Notes under the pieces: generated by a model
What the model saw: only the letters and a program-made list of their open reading frames with translations
What the model was told of the DNA's origin: nothing
Databases searched by the model: none
Shown: one piece after another, positions 49,401 to 57,943 of the stretch
Position numbering within the stretch: position 1 is the stretch's first letter
Layout: each line of letters opens with the position of its first letter
Program-made: the position numbers and the translations under genes
Assembly: GCA_001599295.1 (NCBI GenBank)
Contig: BCGN01000001.1
Span: 2,046,001 to 2,110,000 of the forward strand
Direction: 5' to 3'
Length of the DNA: 64,000 nt
Origin: Sporopachydermia quercuum
Taxonomy: Eukaryota

Positions 49401-52400
49401 TCTTTGTAAGATACACATAGCCTAAGTCAGTTACTTGTTGAAGAATATCCTTTTCTGGTAAGTCGGCAGCTGTAATATTACTTGGTTTGNAAACTGTGGC
49501 TAGTTCAACACCTCCACCTCCAGCTCCACCCCCAGCTGCAGCTGAAGCACTTCCAATACTACCGGTGGCCAACTTAGCAATGCCTGAGCCTGCAGAAGAT
49601 GCAACACCTGCAGCGCCAGCAGCTAAACCTGCAGCAGCACCAATTAAGCCCCCCGTTATTGCGGCTCCTCCAGTAAAAGCTGCACCACCGGTTGAAATAC
49701 TTTTTTCTTTACTCTTTTCCGCTTGCTCTTTCAACGCATTCGCTTCCTTTTCATTCATGACTATGTATCCCAGTGACTTAGCCTTACCGGCCAAGTGCAC
49801 CACAGTAGGATTAGTGAGCTTTTCGTAATCCTGCTTGGGAACTGCAATAAGGTTTAGTTTACTAGCGGCAACTTTAATAAATTCATCACTAGGATTAGTG
49901 GCCTTGGAGATAAGCTCTGCATGTTCGGAAGCTGGTAAGATTGTGAATCCTAATCCCGAAGCTTTTTCAGTGAGATATTCCACATTAGGAGACTTAAACA
50001 ATGCGCTTTCATTTTCTAGTTGTTTCAGTTCTGAATCCGGTAAGGTGGCCAAACCTAGCTCTTTAGCCTTCAGGACAATAAACTCTTTGTTTGGAGAATC
50101 AACGACATCGGCCTTCTTATTTAGTTCAGTGAACTCCTCTGAAGTTAGTACGTTAAATCCTTTTCCGGATAATTTCTCTTTGAGGAAATTTTCGCTAGGA
50201 TTTTCAAACTGCCCTGATACTTTAACCAATTTGGAATGTTCTTCTTCTGAAAGGGCAACTAAACCAACTGAAACGGCAGCAGCAGTAATGAATTCCTTAT
50301 CAAGACTATCAATTTTTTGTGCTTTGGCTTTGAATTCTTCGTACTGTGTTTCCGGAATGATAGCCAAGCCGAGTTTTTCTCCTTTCTCTGTAATATATTC
50401 AGAGCTAGGATTTGCCAGTGCTTCCCTTACCTTTTCCAACTCTTCCGCCTTTCCTGATAATTCGGAATAAGTTTCCGAGGGTATAGCAACTAATCCAACT
50501 AGTTCTGCTTTTTCAATTATATATTCGGCATCTGGATGTTCCACTGCCTCGGTAAGCTTATTAGCCTTATCGGTCAATTCTCCGTATTCCTCCGATGGTA
50601 AGGTAATTAAACCTAATTTCATTGATTTCTCAATCAAGTAATCAATATCAGGGTTATCAATTTCAGTTTGGAGTTTCTCTACTCTTTCGGATATTTCTGC
50701 GAGAGCCTCAGATGGGATTGCGGTTAATCCGAGTTCATCTGCCTTTTGTTTGATATAATCTGGAACTGGCGCTTCGTATTGTTCACCAACAGATTTAAGC
50801 TTTCCATGGTCTTCCAAAGTAAGAGCTACTAAACCTAGTCCAGCGGCAGCTGCAATCACGTATTCAGCTTCGGGAGCATCATACTTAGCGGCTTTCCCTG
50901 TTAATGAATCGAAGTCTGATACAGAAATAGCAACCAGTCCAAGTGTTTCCGCTTTCTCCTTGATATATTCTTCCGATGGGCTCTCTAATTGTTCCGATAA
51001 TGACCTTACCTTTTCATTTAGCTCGGTCAATTCTTCCGAGGGGATTGTCATCAACCCAATTTCTCCAACTTTCTCCTTGAGATATTCCTCTTCTGGTTCA
51101 TCGAATTTACCTGATTTGGCAATCAATTCCGAATGCTCCTCCAATGATAAGGCGACCAATCCTATTTCAGAAGCTTTAGCAGTGATTTCTTCCTTTTCAG
51201 GTGCGTCAAACTTCTTGGCTTTACTAACTAACGTACTGTATTCTTCCGAAGGAACTACAATCAATCCAATAGCTTCCGCTTTAGTTTGTATATATTCCTT
51301 ATCAGGATTTTCTAATGCTTCAGCTTTCTTGACCAATTCGGAGTATTCTTCCGAAGAAACTGCCACTAAACCAATTTCAGTTGCCTTAGTTCCTATGAAC
51401 TCTGCGTTTGGTTCATCCACTTGCTTAGCTTTGAGTAATAATTCGTCGTAGCTTTCTCTAGGGACTGCGGCTAATCCTANTCCGGCAGCTTTACTAGATA
51501 TCAATTCTCTGTCTGGATTGTCCAATTGGGATGCTTTCTTTAAAAGAATATTATGCTGGGAAGTTGTAAGGGTGGCTAATCCAACAGCAGCTGCTGCCGC
51601 TGCAGCTGTAACTGAATCTTTAGGCACAGCTTCTTCAGCCTTTTCTGCTCTTTCAACTAACGTCTTATAGTCAGCAGCAGGAAGAGCAATTAACCCGATA
51701 TCAGCAGCTTTGGTCGTTATATACTCGGTGTCAGGGTTTTCCGTTTTAGCAATTAAATCTGCATGTTCTTCCAACGGTATAACGGTAAGGTTAAGGCTCT
51801 CTGCCTTCTCCTTCAATAATTCTTCCGAGGGGTTTTCGGCTATTTGCTCTAACTTGGCAAATGATTCTCTTGGAACTACTACAAAACCTAAGCTGCCGGC
51901 CTTCTCTTTAACAAATTCCAAATCGGGATTAGCGATCTCAACCGCCTTAGTCTTAAGTTCGGTTAATTCATCTGAAGTAATGGCCACAAGCCCTACAGAT
52001 TGTGCTTTCTCTTTTATGTACTCTTCATCAGGTAGTTCATACTTTTTGGCAATTTCAGCCAATTGCTCAAATTCCGCTATAGGAANAGCTTTTAATCCTG
52101 CTAAGATCGCTTTTTCGGTAAGATATTCTAATTCTGGTGTTTCATATTTACCTAATGTGCTAATTAGCTCGTCATGACGTTCAATAGGAATAGCAATTAA
52201 TCCGAGAGAGACAGCTTTCTCCGAAACGAACTCCTTAGTAGGGTTATTAAGTTTACTATTCAACTCGGAATAATCATGGATAGGAACAATGGTTAATCCA
52301 AGTTTCTCCGCTTTCTCAGAAATGTAATCAGAATCAGGGTTTTCGAATTGCTCTGATAAAGTTTTGGTTTTCGATTTGAGCTCGGAGTAGTCTTCGAATG

Positions 52401-55400
52401 ATAATATTGTATATCCGAGAGGTTCAGCTTTTTCTTTCAGATAATCAACTGAAGGATTAGCCAGTTCATTAGTTAAGCCTTCTACTTTACAAGTTAACTC
52501 TGCATACTCTTCCAATGGAAGAACATACAGTCCGAGACTTCCTGCTTTCTCTCTGACATACTCCGCACTGGGAGAATCATATTGTCCACTAATGGAACTA
52601 AGTTTTCGATGTTCCTCCGAAGAAAGCGCTACTTGACCTAATCCAGCAGCAGCAGCGGTTAGATATTCCAATTCAGGTTTATCAAACTTTCCTGCTTTTT
52701 CAGTTAGTGTGTTGAATTCCTCAATTGGAACGGCGGCTAATCCGAGACAACTAGCCTTTTCGGATATATATTCCTTTGATGGGCTTTCCAATTGCTCAGA
52801 AAGATCCTTGGCTTTCTGATCTAGTTGTGAAAGCTCTTCGGCGGGTATTGTAACTAATCCCAATGTTTCTGCTTTAGTCTTAATGTAACCTTCTGATGGG
52901 TTACCGATTTGATCAGTAAGTTCGGCTACCTTTTCAACTGTCTGCGATAATGCTGTAAACTCCTCAGAAGGAAGTGTCGACAGTCCGAGTTTTTCAGCCT
53001 TCTGTTTAATATATTCCACTTCTGGTGATTCTAATTCTTGCGAAAGCTTGATTGCTCGGTCCGAAAGCTCAGAATAATCTTTGTTGTCAATAGCGATTAA
53101 ACCTAAACCTCCGGCCTTCTCTTTGATATATTCAGAATCAGGTGACTCTAGTTCTTTAGCTTTACTTAACAAGGTTTGGTGTTCAGCTTCGGGAATAACA
53201 GCGAAACCATTTTGCTTACCCTTTTCGGAAATATATTCTGGTGTTGGAGAATTGTATAGAGATAATGTTTCGGTCAATTTACCATATTCGGTAACAGGAA
53301 CTAAGCTATATCCGTGTTTTTCGGCTTCTTCTTTCACCACAGTTGGTTTGAATGTCTTAAACTCCGCTAATTCGTCAGATTTAATCATAACAGAGTTATG
53401 ATTGTCTAAATAACCTTTCACAGATTCATCTGATACGGATTGCTTTAAGGCTTCGGCTTCCTTAGAAGTTAAAAGAACTAACCCAAGTTTACTACTGGCC
53501 TTACGTATCTCATCTTCGGTTAGGTCCCCTGTTTTGGAACCAACGCTACCTACTGGGACAACTGCCAAGCCAAATTTACTTGCCTCGGATTTAATATTGT
53601 CCGCAGTAATTGGAGTTGGGACAGCCTGAGCAGTTTTAGCAGCGGAGCCGAAAGTGGCACTACCAGTTCCGGCACTAAAACCGAGTTTACCTGCAGCTAA
53701 ACCTAATCCTGTTGCTAGACCAAGCCCGGTGCCTCCAATAGCACCAACAGTACCTGCTGCTACACCGCCGTGACTTTCNTTCTTAGCCCCGAAGTCGTCA
53801 TATTCTTCTTTCGTCATAATGACGTATCCTTGCCGTTCGGCAAATGTTTCGAATTGATCTAAGCTGATCATTGGTGGTTCTTCGCCCTTCAAACTCAACG
53901 AAAGGGGTTTAGATGTCTCCTCATCTGAGCTAAATCTTCGGGAACCGACAAGGCTTCTTCTGAGGCCACCTGCAGATCGAGAGATAACAGTGGTATCTTC
54001 AGCTTCGGCTTCTCTTTCCTGATCGATACTGTGATTATCCATAGTAACATCCATGTCATCATCGGTTAAACTAGCAGTTGAGCCAAAGGAAAGCCGTCTT
54101 CGAGAGGATAGCATTCCCGATGATCGGGTCAAATTCCTTGTCTTTAAAAATTTTGTAGATCCTGGTATTGTTTCTGTTTCGGTAACTTCTCCTTCATCAT
54201 AGGATTCTCTTCCAGTGGTGTAATCGTCTTCAGTTGAAGTTATTTCTCCTTCAGTAGCCGTATGAAAACTGGAACCTAAAGCTGCTGAACCAACAGCATC
54301 AGTGTCGGCATCCGAAGCCACACGAGATTCGGCAGCCGAATAAAACCCGCTATCCGTTGTTGTTCCGTCTGTATTTCTTTCAGTTTCCCAACCTTGAGAC
54401 TCCCCAAAAGGATCTGAATCTTTCCGGTAAATATACTTCGTTGGTTTAGTGCCCAGTAAAGAGGTAGTTTTTCCCTTTCTGGAATTTAAAGAGAATGCCA
54501 AACTGGGTTTCTTAGTTAAGCCAGTAGAGTCAGAGTAGGAACTATTACCGCTGGAACCGGAATTAGATCCCAAACTAGCAGCCAGTTTCTTTTCCAAATC
54601 AAGACGTTCTACCTGCTCTTTATGAAGTTGAGATTTAAGTTTAGCAATAATTTGATGAGCATGTGATAAAGAAGCCCTCACAGTCTCAGTTTCAAGATTG
54701 GAGTTTTGACCTGGAACCTTCTTCACTGGTGAAGATGGAGGCTCTTTACCCTTCTCGGCTCCGGAAAGATGTAATTCTCCATCACTAGCCGGGGAACTTG
54801 GTTTCAGGTCGGGAGCGGCTAAAATAAGGTTCTTGGATTTAGCGGCAGTCACTGAATTGAGATCCGCTTCCATTGCACCTATTTGAGTAGTTAACGTCTC
54901 CACTTTATTAACTAGAATTGCGTTCTCTTCGCTTAAATGATCATTTTCCTGCTTGACTTCAATTAGATCTGTGCTATTATTCATTTTCAGGGCTTCAATT
55001 TCTTTAATATACTCTTCTTCTTTTAATGTTAGAGCTTGTGATTTTGATTCGGATGCTAACAATGAAGCCGATACCTCTTCAAATGACTGCTTAAGCTTAT
55101 TATAGGCAGTAGTAGAAGAGTCTAATTGTCCAGTCACCTCTTGTAATCTCAATTCTAAATCCCAATTAGAGTCTTTGATCTGCTGGTCAGATTCTGACAT
55201 TTGCTTTAATTGTTGTTCTGTTGAGGATTTAGTTTGGATTAGTAGTTCAATTTCAGAATTGAGCTTTTTGATAGTCTCGTCTCTTTCCCCATTTATGGCC
55301 TGAAGCCTTCTGCACTCAGCAAGTAATTCCTCGCTTAAATCAACAACAAAACCCATATGATTTGTTTTAGGAGCTTGCTTTATTCCTGATTCTGAATTAG

Positions 55401-55794
55401 TGTTGAATAATGCTTGAGGATTAGGTATGGAAGATGTACTTGTAGACGCCGATATTCGGGATTTCTTACGAGATGAGATACCTCTATTTCGGGAATTTAA
55501 TCCGAGACCTATTCCCAGCCCAGAAGAAGAACCAGATGGCGTTCCACCATTGTTTCCGGTTTCTTGGCGATAGGAATTGAATTGGTTAGCAAGATCAGTC
55601 AAAGAGGATGATGCACCGGCAGTCTCGCTATTTGGCTCTAATTGACGTAATTGAGCTTTCAATTCTTCTTCCGTTTTAACAAGGGCTTTCCCTAGTGATG
55701 AGGTTTCGTGCAGTTTTGCTTGAACGTCCATTAACTGCGCTTTCACACTGTCAATATATGACGTGCTATTTTTCCGTTCTTGATCTTTGCCCAT
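46435..55794 (-). CDS. NUM1: Cortical dynein/mitochondria anchor Num1 (ApsA/Mcp5 family), ~3119 aa
   Basis: First ATG at 55794; the track start at 55899 is a TTG. N-terminal coiled coil (LSEELLAECRRLQA, NWDLEL), long central repeat array, C-terminal PH domain (QIVIGEFLYKY, RHSRYFWVHPY, PPGLFHKSIII). Confidence 0.95.
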   Translation of the reverse strand: MGKDQERKNSTSYIDSVKAQLMDVQAKLHETSSLGKALVKTEEELKAQLRQLEPNSETAGASSSLTDLANQFNSYRQETGNNGGTPSGSSSGLGIGLGLNSRNRGISSRKKSRISASTSTSSIPNPQALFNTNSESGIKQAPKTNHMGFVVDLSEELLAECRRLQAINGERDETIKKLNSEIELLIQTKSSTEQQLKQMSESDQQIKDSNWDLELRLQEVTGQLDSSTTAYNKLKQSFEEVSASLLASESKSQALTLKEEEYIKEIEALKMNNSTDLIEVKQENDHLSEENAILVNKVETLTTQIGAMEADLNSVTAAKSKNLILAAPDLKPSSPASDGELHLSGAEKGKEPPSSPVKKVPGQNSNLETETVRASLSHAHQIIAKLKSQLHKEQVERLDLEKKLAASLGSNSGSSGNSSYSDSTGLTKKPSLAFSLNSRKGKTTSLLGTKPTKYIYRKDSDPFGESQGWETERNTDGTTTDSGFYSAAESRVASDADTDAVGSAALGSSFHTATEGEITSTEDDYTTGRESYDEGEVTETETIPGSTKFLKTRNLTRSSGMLSSRRRLSFGSTASLTDDDMDVTMDNHSIDQEREAEAEDTTVISRSAGGLRRSLVGSRRFSSDEETSKPLSLSLKGEEPPMISLDQFETFAERQGYVIMTKEEYDDFGAKXESHGGVAAGTVGAIGGTGLGLATGLGLAAGKLGFSAGTGSATFGSAAKTAQAVPTPITADNIKSEASKFGLAVVPVGSVGSKTGDLTEDEIRKASSKLGLVLLTSKEAEALKQSVSDESVKGYLDNHNSVMIKSDELAEFKTFKPTVVKEEAEKHGYSLVPVTEYGKLTETLSLYNSPTPEYISEKGKQNGFAVIPEAEHQTLLSKAKELESPDSEYIKEKAGGLGLIAIDNKDYSELSDRAIKLSQELESPEVEYIKQKAEKLGLSTLPSEEFTALSQTVEKVAELTDQIGNPSEGYIKTKAETLGLVTIPAEELSQLDQKAKDLSEQLESPSKEYISEKASCLGLAAVPIEEFNTLTEKAGKFDKPELEYLTAAAAGLGQVALSSEEHRKLSSISGQYDSPSAEYVREKAGSLGLYVLPLEEYAELTCKVEGLTNELANPSVDYLKEKAEPLGYTILSFEDYSELKSKTKTLSEQFENPDSDYISEKAEKLGLTIVPIHDYSELNSKLNNPTKEFVSEKAVSLGLIAIPIERHDELISTLGKYETPELEYLTEKAILAGLKAXPIAEFEQLAEIAKKYELPDEEYIKEKAQSVGLVAITSDELTELKTKAVEIANPDLEFVKEKAGSLGFVVVPRESFAKLEQIAENPSEELLKEKAESLNLTVIPLEEHADLIAKTENPDTEYITTKAADIGLIALPAADYKTLVERAEKAEEAVPKDSVTAAAAAAAVGLATLTTSQHNILLKKASQLDNPDRELISSKAAGXGLAAVPRESYDELLLKAKQVDEPNAEFIGTKATEIGLVAVSSEEYSELVKKAEALENPDKEYIQTKAEAIGLIVVPSEEYSTLVSKAKKFDAPEKEEITAKASEIGLVALSLEEHSELIAKSGKFDEPEEEYLKEKVGEIGLMTIPSEELTELNEKVRSLSEQLESPSEEYIKEKAETLGLVAISVSDFDSLTGKAAKYDAPEAEYVIAAAAGLGLVALTLEDHGKLKSVGEQYEAPVPDYIKQKADELGLTAIPSEALAEISERVEKLQTEIDNPDIDYLIEKSMKLGLITLPSEEYGELTDKANKLTEAVEHPDAEYIIEKAELVGLVAIPSETYSELSGKAEELEKVREALANPSSEYITEKGEKLGLAIIPETQYEEFKAKAQKIDSLDKEFITAAAVSVGLVALSEEEHSKLVKVSGQFENPSENFLKEKLSGKGFNVLTSEEFTELNKKADVVDSPNKEFIVLKAKELGLATLPDSELKQLENESALFKSPNVEYLTEKASGLGFTILPASEHAELISKATNPSDEFIKVAASKLNLIAVPKQDYEKLTNPTVVHLAGKAKSLGYIVMNEKEANALKEQAEKSKEKSISTGGAAFTGGAAITGGLIGAAAGLAAGAAGVASSAGSGIAKLATGSIGSASAAAGGGAGGGGVELATVXKPSNITAADLPEKDILQQVTDLGYVYLTKKEYEDLQSQATASTSSITNIEVNEQTLATEAVKHGFVLVPKTETVSELPRQVPTSETISASEIEDDSPVKAVAKSAVVEPGTEPITEFTAXTETKSVPEPDLEDLKYAAGKFDAVVIPSSEYLGLLTASAKISDSIVSDIPIISTDALQKEAGKLGYEVIPTEELITLKNKKLSKSELVAMCEEQDLKAIRVSDFLTLTEAAASGSSTDMPSPRLSLKNRLLSRRSRNSVVSNASASSFSESTKVTLEDLPQLEADLKPLGYSVISDAELGKLYNPSPDRLQSLACKHGMIVIKKNEFEFLQNQAETKHGSKFGVGALTGTAIGTLAAGAVGAAGMVGRATGTTISATGNAAGATTGAAAGSGGAVAKAVDSNAHVRDLTLAELTNQAESLNYAVIPEQELSSLRSPSLHTIQTLAASHKLTVIPTEEYRELERLGFKATPEEIGRRCGELNLQAVSSDNLRELYRRVEQPTVEELQQAATRSGFVLISTEENKLLRDQLERPDISILQTRAEDLGMVLIANKELELLQEEANREVTMEDIGVTAEKYGMVLLARDNYLRLLKGNSDELSVPERERDIGNRNSGSEFSVGKSAEEASIVEGGFVKVRMTDYNDMKDRGSFFVEENGRGLADKTSNEEEVIPEKMVAISDEFYHTLLQKTHSNQNTETLEEVADRLDSILIPRKEYQELKESKLVAVPMYLDGISPHVSEDLSDNVASATVARGAVAGLSTGLAAGLATDDRMGPPVLRPSQGKVLTRGNIVETASISNHSIPAAVKSPEIGSLYQNSHVTLGTNASLSDRNMIPAVTQIVIGEFLYKYYRNSKFSFSGITENRHSRYFWVHPYTMTLYWSDKNPVIGNPSDDTTKAAAILGVEAIEDNNPLPPGLFHKSIIIKTNDKDIKITCPNSHRHNVWYNALLYLIKKDAGELSFEPVPEEEEYVEDEVQDYENDSEFAKTRANLHQSQVKTHSRVGSLVRSLSVYTPARVNRN
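47700..53600 (-). repeat. Degenerate protein-level tandem repeats of about 31-45 aa inside NUM1
   Basis: Recurring unit of the form (E/D)xPxxEYIKEKAxxLGLVAIPxEEYxEL, visible dozens of times in the translation. DNA copies are diverged; boundaries approximate. Confidence 0.9.
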
Positions 55795-57943
55795 AATGAC
55801 TTTTGGTATATGTAAAAAGGAGTATAAGTTATGGGAAGAACTGATAAAGGTAACAAATGGTATTGAGGTTGATCCGGTAAACTGTCGTTGAAAGATCAAG
55901 AGTTACAGCGTACCTTAATTAATTGATAGAACTATTGCCCCAAATGTTGATAATATGGCTTGCTTCAATACCCAGCAAATTTTCCATTCATACGATAACT
56001 GACAAACCAATAAGAGAAATGGTTCTGTCTAACTGATGACTGCGTGTTCTTTTCTGTTATTTGCCTGATATATCCTTTTATGAGTGCTACGCTATCCATA
56101 CAGTGACTGAAGAACAGTTGTTTGAATCAATCTAGCAATTTTCGATAAGCAATTTTGTTCTTGCGAAACACTCCAGCGGCACCTTTTAATATAGACGGTA
56201 TAAAATAGTATTTTTTTACTATAATACAGTGAAATGCAGTATATGATGGTACGTTATCTATCCTCTTCTACAATACATATAGATACGTGTATTATACATA
56301 CATCACAAGCCTTACAAGATAGAGTTTCACGTCCAAACAATGAAAACCTCCAACTGAGCTTAAGCCAAGATGAATATACTGTACTTCCAGCTGGTTTAAA
56401 TTGTTCTCTAGCTGCCAATATTACACTATTCGATTGTAAAATATAAGTAACAGATGATGCTTATGGGTGCTTGAAATAAACGAATAGGTGGAAAAGGGAT
56501 TGAACACAAATACAAAAGCAATTCTATCGAAAAAGTACTAATACCTGAAAAACGGGAAAGACACCCTATTTGGGTAATACCGTTTGTATGGTTGCCATGA
56601 GGAGTTGCCTGAAATGGTTGTTTACATTGCTGTTATGCATGATAGATGCATATGTGATGCATGAGAAGACAGTTAAAGTTGGAAGAGTATGTAGACAGGT
56701 GCATGAACATGCAGTAGAAGATTATTTGGTAAAAAGAACAGGGAATTCTTTATTTCGAGTATGAGATATGTAGTACTAACTACGGCTTTAATACAGAAAA
56801 GAAGTAGTTGACAAATCTTTGTTAATAATCAGATGCTAACAAATCGTGAGTACGACCAAGCCTTTTACACTCAAAGAACAACCAACACATCTGATTGAGC
56901 TAACGTTCAGTAAGAGACGGTGGTATACAAAAGATACAGTATGATGCAGTATATGTTTATATGTATATATGATTAGAAGATATATAACATAAATAAAAAC
57001 TTACGAGCAGGCGGAAATCAATTCTTTTCTTTTAAGCCTCTAAATTCAAAACAAAAGAAAGAAAAAAAAATTAACGTTTCTCATTCATGAATTAAAGGAT
57101 AGATTTATTAGTGGGCACTAGATCTTTTAATGAAACTGTCATTCTCATCTGAAATACCTTACTCTAAGTGTCGTATCGACAAATTGCNTACTGGTATTGC
57201 TACATTTAATCCGAAAAAAATCTGTACAATGCACCTATATGCAAGATCAGTTATTAAAAACCATTTCTATGAAGCAGCAGTTAGATAAGAAACTGATCTA
57301 ATGAGACCAAATTTTGACTTTTGTAATAACAATCAGTTTGAAAAAATATATATATATCTTGTTTTTGTCAGTATGAAGTCATTGAGCAATCACTCGTACT
57401 TGACACTAAAGTTGTATCGAGAGCTTCACATCTACATAAACAACGCATGGCATTTAGGTTGACATTTATCATGCAATACTATGCACAGTGTTTCAACGTT
57501 AATTGACCCTTTCTACNATCAGGTTGGTCTACTCAGTTATTCTTCTTTTCGTTAAATATAGTTTGAGTAGCAATGGTCAATAGATTGAATAATAAATGTA
57601 GACTTGTGACTTGTTTCTGTGAAGCTACTAGTTGATGTTTGTAATTGTTATATAGATGGAACATGCATGGTATTATATAGCACTGCAATATGNNTTCCTT
57701 CGCTAAGGATCTCTCTCATTCACTGATCACTTAGAGTTCTCAATTAAGAGCTCATTAAGATTGGTGCGAGCCATAAGCAATAAATGTATGCATGCTATCT
57801 TTAGTTGTTCATACTACAATTATCAACAATATAATAAAATTCGTGTATGTTTTAATGTAGATTTTATGGATTCTAGTAAAGGTTATCATTTATTTGTTTG
57901 TTCATTTTTGATTCTTCGGCTCGTTCATAGTTATGTTTGTAGC

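Noticed and set aside
48023..53401. Long plus-strand ORFs antisense to NUM1 (likewise those antisense to SEN1, ATG28-like, DPH2 and CNB1)
   Set aside because: Ser/Phe/Leu-rich shadows of the real reading frame with no independent motifs.
56858..56872. GCCTTTTAC matching U5 snRNA loop I
   Set aside because: The flanks do not form the closing stem and I see no properly placed Sm site.
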